The notes beneath the pieces were generated by a model. That model was not told the DNA's origin and did no database searches. It was given only the letters and a program-made list of their open reading frames with translations. A stretch of 64,000 nucleotides of DNA, taken from Lingula anatina. Its lineage: Eukaryota; Animalia; Brachiopoda. The stretch spans positions 22,692,001-22,756,000 of the forward strand of contig CM120645.1 of assembly GCA_051362555.1 (NCBI GenBank), written 5' to 3'. Made by a program: the position numbers and the translations under genes. Below, piece after piece: positions 61,896 to 64,000 of this stretch. Positions within the stretch are counted from its first letter, which is position 1. Each line of letters opens with the position of its first letter.

Positions 61896-63417
61896 TTACT
61901 TGCTTACTGAAAAAGCAACAATGCTTACGTTTGCTTTTGCATTTGCCTATATTAATAAACGTGATACTGATTTTTAACAGTGCTAGTAATGCCAATATCA
62001 GTTAGTTTCAAATCAATCATCGTCCCTGGCGTCATTGGCATTGGCCCTATCTCCTAAGGCTTATTCTCTTTGGCGACACCTAAGAGACGGTGTCTATGCT
62101 GACAATCCCCTAGTTACTAATGCTCTCAAGTATAACAGTCGAACGGCGATCAGGAGAAATCCTATGTCATAATGAGCATTGTCAATACAAACTTCAATAG
62201 CCATTGCGATTCAGCGCCATTATAAAGTATTGAGCTGTACTCGAAATTTGACGGCATACATGTACGAGGAAAAAACTTACACCACACAAAACTGTCTGTA
62301 AGACAGATCTATGCAAAAGAGAGAAGTTTTCCTTTCAGCAGAAAACGCTACTTTATATAAAATGGAAACATCTTATTGGATCATCTTATATAAAAATGTC
62401 TAGTTTTCTCCTTTCGATGTGCAGAAAGCAAATGATTGAAATAAAGCCGCAGTTTGAGCGATGCAAAAGTCAAGTAATAGTGTTTGATAAGATAACAACA
62501 TGTGTTAATTAATTGTTGTTCTTCAGTGGTCTCTCTGGAACAAAAATAAACTTTTACCAAAATGTGACGACAGTTGCAAAAATAATTACTCAAGCTGTGC
62601 TTTTTTTCTTTGGTTTCATCTCTTTTCCAGTAAAAAAGAGAAAAATCAGTTTTGGTGAGGTTTTAAAATTTGTTTTTATTAGCAATAATGTTATATATTT
62701 CTTAGATCTTGAAGTTTTATGTGAGATTTTGTCACATAGATTGTGGTAGATATAGCAGCGCTTTGTTAAGTTATTAGTATGTAAAGTTATAAGGAAGTTG
62801 GTTAATTTTATTCTCGCTTTCATGCATAGTTTTACTTTGTACCAAAAAGAATTCCCCATATCCATCTCACCATTTTTTTTCACAATGTATTTTTTCACAT
62901 GTATTCCCCTTTTGTTAGGATTATATTGTGCCCCTGGGAAGAGGAATTTGCCCCAGATGAGATGAAACTGTTTGTAGTGGGCATTTTCTTTCCAATGGTA
63001 AGTGACAGTAGTAAATTGATAAGCAGTGCATTTCAGTTATGGCCAATCATTATTGACGTTTTTTTTTTTTAAATAAAAGTATAACTGAGTCTAAGTATAT
63101 AATTTAAAAAAAATAGGTATTTAGATAGATAAATCATAAAATAAGCTTGAAATATAATTTTAATGTTTATCCTTGACTAATTAAATTTTGATAATATGTT
63201 GATTTTTTTTTTTTTAGCTAAATTTAACTCAACCAAGGAGATACGTCTTTGACAAGATGATGAAACGCCAAGTCCTTGGTCTATCACAGATAGTAAATGA
63301 TGCATTTGTCTTGTTGATTGGCATTATTCTTATATATGATCCTTTACAACAAATAAAAAATATCCAGAAATAAGACCTTAATAAAGTATTCATTCGTTTC
63401 TGGATGACACAGTAGGA

Positions 63418-63420
63418 CAT

Positions 63421-63463
<43 letters not shown>

Positions 63464-63465
63464 TT
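63418..63465. repeat. (ATTT)n microsatellite
   Basis: Direct observation. Confidence 0.95.
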
Positions 63466-64000
63466 CCGATAAAAATGGAACAGTATATGCCATTGACGAA
63501 TTTTGAAAATTCCTTTCCTCCAAAATTTGTTGATAAGACCTCAGGTAAAATTAATTTCATTGAAGTAGAAGTGTAAAATTTCTTTGTGAAGTAAATGATT
63601 AAAGAATGTGGTTTTGTTTCATGTTGCAGAAAATGATCCACCTGGATGTGAGGAAACATCTCTAGGACAATGTGTTGGAGAGTCTAAAGTCAGGTCCACT
63701 ACAGTTTTGTTTTACAGTATTGTTTGACACGGTGTTTCACAGCATACAGGTACATGTTTTATTCTGTTGCTCAAATAGCAATGCATTTTGTGCGATAATA
63801 ATTTATTGTATCATCTTGGATGATAAGGCAAAACTCCGGTTTTTACATTGTACTTGTAATAAGTAATTCATTTTCTTGTATTAAAATACAGTGATTTCTC
63901 GTTGTTTTAATGTGATATTAACTGTAGATCATGAAGTAAACAATGTTTTGTCATTTAGGGAAAATTTACCCTGCAGTTAGACTTTTTGTGAGTCGTTGTA

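Noticed and set aside
61900-64000. Short ORFs at the window end
   Set aside because: AT-rich low-complexity frames without motifs; may be an insertion in esterase copy C but no terminus was identifiable

Overview
AT-rich, intron-containing metazoan (invertebrate-like) genomic DNA; the taxon cannot be fixed from the sequence. Host genes: a two-exon TMEM121/CECR6-family membrane protein (+), a six-exon uncharacterised ~191-aa gene invisible in the ORF track plus its tandem duplicate (-), two tandem CD225/dispanin genes (+), and a type-B carboxylesterase cluster (two intact five-exon genes plus a 3' remnant of a third, -). Much of the rest is nested mobile DNA: (i) an ~11.5-kb TIR element (1563-13073) whose TIRs contain promoter-like motifs and the start codons of convergent ORFs, and which encodes a spliced CaRF/ALS2CR8-like DNA-binding domain plus a decayed Ulp1-like protease and PHD finger; it carries a deleted/inverted DIRS1-like retroelement, a LINE 3' fragment and MITEs; (ii) a near-intact RTEX-like LINE whose ORF1 starts with an RNase H1-type hybrid-binding domain, inserted in a MITE in a carboxylesterase intron; (iii) ISL2EU-like, Tc1, Kolobok-like, hAT5-like, EnSpm-like and Helentron-derived elements. 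The two best candidates for something new are the CaRF-domain transposon and the LINE ORF1 architecture with its apparent CCTA target preference. All family assignments come from motif recognition by eye, not database searches.
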